NCBI GenBank assembly: GCA_963772835.1
Contig: CAVYYZ010000013.1
Location: forward strand, 21,475-85,474
Direction of reading: 5' to 3'
DNA length: 64,000 nucleotides
Origin: an uncultured delta proteobacterium
Lineage (GTDB): Bacteria; Desulfobacterota; Desulfuromonadia; Geobacterales; Pseudopelobacteraceae
Of the stretch, positions 60,293 through 64,000 are shown in pieces. Numbering within the stretch: the first letter of the stretch is position 1; each line of letters opens with the position of its first letter. The position numbers were made by a program, and so were the translations under genes. The notes beneath the pieces are model-generated. The model ran no database searches and was not told the origin of the DNA. It was given only the letters and a program-made list of their open reading frames with translations.

Positions 60293-61552
60293 CTAGTACA
60301 AATCATATTTAAGGAGGCGACATTCAATCGCCCCGTTAAACAAAACGTAGCGCCTTGAGGCCTTGAGGCCGATATATTTTGCAAGTTCCAGATTGCCGGT
60401 CAGGACGTATCCGGTCCAGCCTCGGCACTGTTTCTTCATAACATCACCGATTTGGCAGTACAGCTCCCGCAGATCATCATCTCCTCCCAAACGCTTGCCG
60501 TAGGGTGGATTAAGGATTACCACGCCTTTGTCACCTTCCGGCCGGAATGCTTCCAGCGCTGCATGAAAAAAATGGATCTGTCCTTCAAGGCCAGCCTTGG
60601 TCGTATTTCTTCCGGCCAGTAAAAGTGCTCTGCTATCAAGGTCATACCCGGTGATCAAGCCGACCGGCAATGTGCAAATTCCCTTTTCAGCCTCCGCGCA
60701 TATCCCTTCCCAGATCCCGGATTCGTAATCAAGCCAGCGCTGGAAGCCGAATGCACGCTGCAAACCGGGTGGAATGTGTGCCGCCATGAGTGCTGCTTCA
60801 ACCGGAATAGTGCCTGAACCGCACATCGGATCAGCGAGCGGGATGGATCCGTCCCATCCGGTCAGGGCGACGACTGCTGCTGCAAGCGTCTCCCTCAGGG
60901 GAGCTTCGTTCCGCTCAAGCCGGTAGCCGCGACGGTCTAGTGAGTCGCCAGAGCTGTCAAGGCTGATAGAACATATATTTTTATGAAGATGAACATTGAT
61001 GCGTACATCCGGCGATGTTGTGTCCACATTCGGACGACTGCCGCATGATTCGCGAATGCGGTCAACAACTGCATCTTTGGTCTTAAGTGCCACGAAGCCG
61101 GAATGCGTCAGGTTTGAATCACGCAGGGAACAATCCACCGCTAAAGTCATGGCGGGAGTTATTATCTCCTGCCAGGCTATCGCGTGCACGCCTTCATAAA
61201 GTTCAGCCGGGTTCGTGCAGGGGAACATTGATAGTTGTACCAGCACACGACTGGCTGTGCGTAACCAGAGATTGGCGCGGTAAAGACCGGCACGGTCGGT
61301 TCGGAATGCAACCCCTCCTTTACCCGGTTTCACGTCGCTGATTCCAAGGACAGTAAGCTCCGCAGCAGTCAGTTCTTCAGCTCCACGAGGCACGGCGGCA
61401 AAACAGTTTAGAAGTAATTCGTTCTTCGACCCGGGAGCAGCTAATGAAGCTGATAGTGTAGGCGCAGGAGATTTCTCCGGTTTCGCGGGTGTTTTCGTCG
61501 CTGAAGCGGTTGCACGTTTTCCTGGTCGTAAAATATGATTCAATTTACTCAT
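60293..61552 (-). CDS. THUMP-domain RNA methyltransferase (RlmL/YpsC-like)
   Basis: ANLWLRTASR, SG.SL.RRGYR, APLRETLAAA, DPMCGSGT, NPPYG.RL, LFNG..EC. Confidence 0.92.
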   Translation of the reverse strand: MSKLNHILRPGKRATASATKTPAKPEKSPAPTLSASLAAPGSKNELLLNCFAAVPRGAEELTAAELTVLGISDVKPGKGGVAFRTDRAGLYRANLWLRTASRVLVQLSMFPCTNPAELYEGVHAIAWQEIITPAMTLAVDCSLRDSNLTHSGFVALKTKDAVVDRIRESCGSRPNVDTTSPDVRINVHLHKNICSISLDSSGDSLDRRGYRLERNEAPLRETLAAAVVALTGWDGSIPLADPMCGSGTIPVEAALMAAHIPPGLQRAFGFQRWLDYESGIWEGICAEAEKGICTLPVGLITGYDLDSRALLLAGRNTTKAGLEGQIHFFHAALEAFRPEGDKGVVILNPPYGKRLGGDDDLRELYCQIGDVMKKQCRGWTGYVLTGNLELAKYIGLKASRRYVLFNGAIECRLLKYDLY

Positions 61553-62162
61553 TGTTGCTCCCGGTTTCTTTAGCCAAGACAGTTTCCAATACCAGTCGGG
61601 TCTCCGCTTCAGTTCCGCTGTTATCGATAACCACACTGCCGTAGCTTTCTTTTTCGGAGATCGGCATCTGGCTGTCAATCATGCGCTGGGCTGTTTCCCG
61701 GCTGATATTATCACGCCGCATGAGACGCTCAAGTTGAATCTCAGGCCTTGCTGTCACTACCCAAACAGTATCAACGCGGCCCGTAGCGCCTGCTTCAATC
61801 AGAAGCGGCGCCATGTAGATCAGTCTCCGATGTCCGGCTTCAGCCGCCAGAGCAATGAGCTCCTCAGCCCGCCTCCGTATCTCGGGATGGATAATTTCTT
61901 CAAGCTGCCGTCGTTTTTCCGGGTGAGAAAAGACCTGAGCGCTCAAGCGTTTACGATCAAGTTGTCCGTCACCTGTAGTCACCTCCTGCCCGAACAACGA
62001 TATAATCCGCTCCAGCGCAGGCGTGCCTGGCAAAACAGCATCGCGGGCAAGTTGGTCGGCGTCAATTACCGGTATTCCTCTCTCTTTAAAAAACAGGGCA
62101 ATTGAGCTTTTCCCGGTGGCAATACCGCCTGTCAACCCAATGACTCGAATCGGGGGAGACAT
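61545..62162 (-). CDS. coaE: Dephospho-CoA kinase
   Basis: GLTGGIATGKS, DAD, LDR..L, IHP, PLL.E, RLM.R, SQ. Confidence 0.95.
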   Translation of the reverse strand: MSPPIRVIGLTGGIATGKSSIALFFKERGIPVIDADQLARDAVLPGTPALERIISLFGQEVTTGDGQLDRKRLSAQVFSHPEKRRQLEEIIHPEIRRRAEELIALAAEAGHRRLIYMAPLLIEAGATGRVDTVWVVTARPEIQLERLMRRDNISRETAQRMIDSQMPISEKESYGSVVIDNSGTEAETRLVLETVLAKETGSNNE

Positions 62163-63004
62163 TACTTGAGCGCCTTCAGTTCCAGGTAGGCCCGCTTAAA
62201 ATTCCCGGCGAAAAAAAACTGGAATCCAGGCATGCTTTCATATTGGGGCAGAGAAAACTGACTCTTTGCTGCCTCAAGACCAAGCCCTTTGTCAATCAGT
62301 CGTAAAATTTCCGTGGTGAATGCCCGGAGAAAAGTTTGGAATTTCAGAATTCCATCCGTTGTAGTTACATTGCCCAGACCGGGAACTACAGCGCGGGAAT
62401 CGATGCTGGCGAGAATTTCAAGCGTACCTATCCAGTTACGGAAATTGGCGTCTCCCATAAACCCGGCCATTTCATGAAACACGAGGTCGGAAGTAAACAG
62501 AACGCCTTCCTCGGGGAGATACACAAATACGTCACCTTCACTGTGTGAGTGTTCTATCGCATTTAAAATAATAAGCGTTGAACCGCGCTTCATAGTCAGA
62601 CTGCGGTCAAAAAAAGTGATCTGATTTTCAAACTGGCGAAATTCGCTCTTCAAAGCCTGCCAAGTCCAACCGGAAGCGATGATTCCCACATTTGCAGGAA
62701 GGTCAAAGTCGATGTGGTTGAAGCCTCGATGATGGTGCGTCAGGACAATTTCACGAACTGGAATCGGTGTGATGGATTTGACAAAATCAAGAAGTTCTTT
62801 GATCGTTTCCGGTACAAAATGAGCGCCGGCAACAACAACCTCTTTGCTGGTGATAATGATCAAAGAATTACTGGCGGCTTTGCCCCCCGGAACCGCTATA
62901 GCCGCGTATACACCGTCATGAACGTTCTTGAAGGAAAAGTTTGCTGCCAGTACAGTCATCGGCATCAGAATTATACAGAGTATTAGTAATACTGCTCGCT
63001 GCAT
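62162..63004 (-). CDS. Exported metallo-beta-lactamase-fold protein (cyclase-like) with degenerate metal motif
   Basis: Signal peptide, SNS, LTHHH, HS.GD, VLFTSDL, VVPG.G. Confidence 0.78.
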   Translation of the reverse strand: MQRAVLLILCIILMPMTVLAANFSFKNVHDGVYAAIAVPGGKAASNSLIIITSKEVVVAGAHFVPETIKELLDFVKSITPIPVREIVLTHHHRGFNHIDFDLPANVGIIASGWTWQALKSEFRQFENQITFFDRSLTMKRGSTLIILNAIEHSHSEGDVFVYLPEEGVLFTSDLVFHEMAGFMGDANFRNWIGTLEILASIDSRAVVPGLGNVTTTDGILKFQTFLRAFTTEILRLIDKGLGLEAAKSQFSLPQYESMPGFQFFFAGNFKRAYLELKALK

Positions 63005-63228
63005 GGCACTCCCTTTCGGCACATTGTATCAGAGCAAACAGAAAAAAGACAGGTTATTGACTTGAATCGAACGGCTAAGTAGCCTGTTAAACTTGGAACT
63101 TAGAAATGTGCTGGCAGATTGCATTACGGATTGATCAGTCCATTATGTTTAAGCCAAGTCATATGTATCCCTGATTTTAGAGAGTATGAAAAGTAATGTC
63201 GGGAATGGTGGTTGGGGGCGCAATTAAA

Positions 63229-63273
63229 CGATAATGATTATCACTTGCAAAAATAAATTGTGAAGATTATAGT
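63229..63273 (+). promoter_or_regulatory. Fur-box-like operator abutting a sigma70 promoter
   Basis: CGATAAT-G-ATTATCA (13/14 to TGATAAT-N-ATTATCA) at 63229-63243; TTGCAA-N17-TATAGT at 63245-63273. Confidence 0.75.
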
Positions 63274-63313
63274 GAAGCCATGAAGAAGGTAAATTCTTTT
63301 AAAGGGGTTGGCC

Positions 63314-63625
63314 ATGAGACACATTCTACATAAAATTGCGCTGTTAGCCGCCGCTCTAATGATAATGGCGGTACCAGTGCTGGCGGATGAAGGATCTGCT
63401 ATGTCGGCAATGGAACCAGCACAGCAGACATCTAAAGACGAGTGTTTGCTTGTTGCTATGAACTGTAAGGATCAGGTAGATTCAGTCCAGCAGAGGATTG
63501 ATCGTTTTCAGAACGAAATAAACAGAGGCACGGATGTGTACACCAATGATGAACTCAAAAGGTTTCAGGATAAGATTGATGACGCGAACAGAAACCTTAA
63601 TGAGTTAATGAGTGGCGGTGCGTAG
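63314..63625 (+). CDS. Small secreted helical hypothetical protein
   Basis: Signal peptide ending VLA, KDECLLVAMNC, G..VYT.DEL; own promoter and terminator. Confidence 0.82.
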   Translation: MRHILHKIALLAAALMIMAVPVLADEGSAMSAMEPAQQTSKDECLLVAMNCKDQVDSVQQRIDRFQNEINRGTDVYTNDELKRFQDKIDDANRNLNELMSGGA

Positions 63626-63665
63626 CATCAAAGGTATCTTTTACATGAGTTGCACATAGGAATAT

Positions 63666-63702
63666 GGGGCCATGCTGGAGCATTTAGCATGGCCCCTTTT
63701 TT
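63666..63702 (+). terminator. Intrinsic terminator
   Basis: GGGGCCATGCT / AGCATGGCCCC followed by TTTTTT. Confidence 0.88.
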
Positions 63703-63945
63703 CGGGATATTTGAAGTTGCCAGAGCAAAATATATCAGTATTTGTCGGTTAAAAACACCCGTCCTCCCGCATTCCAGGTTGCACAAAGATTAAAGGAAAC
63801 GACTCCAGATAGAAAGAAGATCCTTTGACTTTTATGGCTGGACAGGATATAAATTCCAGTCTACGAAATAGGCAACAAAACGGTCAACAATTAGTGACCA
63901 GACTATTTAAAGTGGATGCAAGCGGATGTGAAACTTGTGTGTTAC

Positions 63946-64000
63946 GGGCGGTTAGCTCAGCTGGATAGAGTACAGGCCTCCGAAGCCTGGGGTCGCGGGT
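63946..64000 (+). tRNA. tRNA-Arg(CCG), truncated by the window end
   Basis: GGGCGGT-TA-GCTCAGCTGGATAGAGT D-arm; anticodon arm CAGGC-CTCCGAA-GCCTG; start of T-arm. Confidence 0.93.

Noticed and set aside
63946..64000. tRNA as the attachment site of an island within this window
   Set aside because: The 3' half lies outside the window, and no integrase or tRNA-fragment repeat was seen inside

Overview
A mostly core-genome segment from a Geobacteraceae/Desulfuromonadales-like deltaproteobacterium; the taxonomy is inferred from gene content and protein style, not from a search. In order: a hybrid kinase–cheR–cheB signalling operon, an ABC exporter, priA, a diguanylate cyclase, a speA–CASDH–nspC polyamine operon, hsp20–lon, a CHASE hybrid kinase, a frameshifted lspA with ileS, mreB–GT2–gmhA–hldE, two parvulin PPIases, thiL–tkt–crp/fnr–aroF, a ~14 kb accessory redox/UV-stress block (OYE, wrbA, hemerythrin, DCC, nitroreductase, SOUL, pirin, MipA, uvsE, DUF1499, a dioxygenase-like protein, a rubredoxin reductase, DUF523-DUF1722), hrcA–grpE–dnaK–dnaJ with a CIRCE element, rbgA, a THUMP methyltransferase, coaE and a truncated tRNA-Arg(CCG). 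Signals the ORF track does not explain: (1) a free-standing ~173-nt RNA with 6S-like architecture and its own promoter and terminator (38891-39063); (2) a promoter–23-codon ORF–terminator leader directly before the CHASE kinase; (3) dispersed palindromic elements built from 8-9-nt tandem repeats, including a related pair 35 kb apart; (4) a CTTG-N18-A(T/A)TACCTT promoter motif with identical spacing before hsp20-lon, hrcA and dnaK; (5) a collapsed MmeI-like restriction-modification remnant; (6) a strong Fur box on a small secreted protein gene. No CRISPR array, intact transposase or prophage was seen. All family assignments come from motif recognition by eye.
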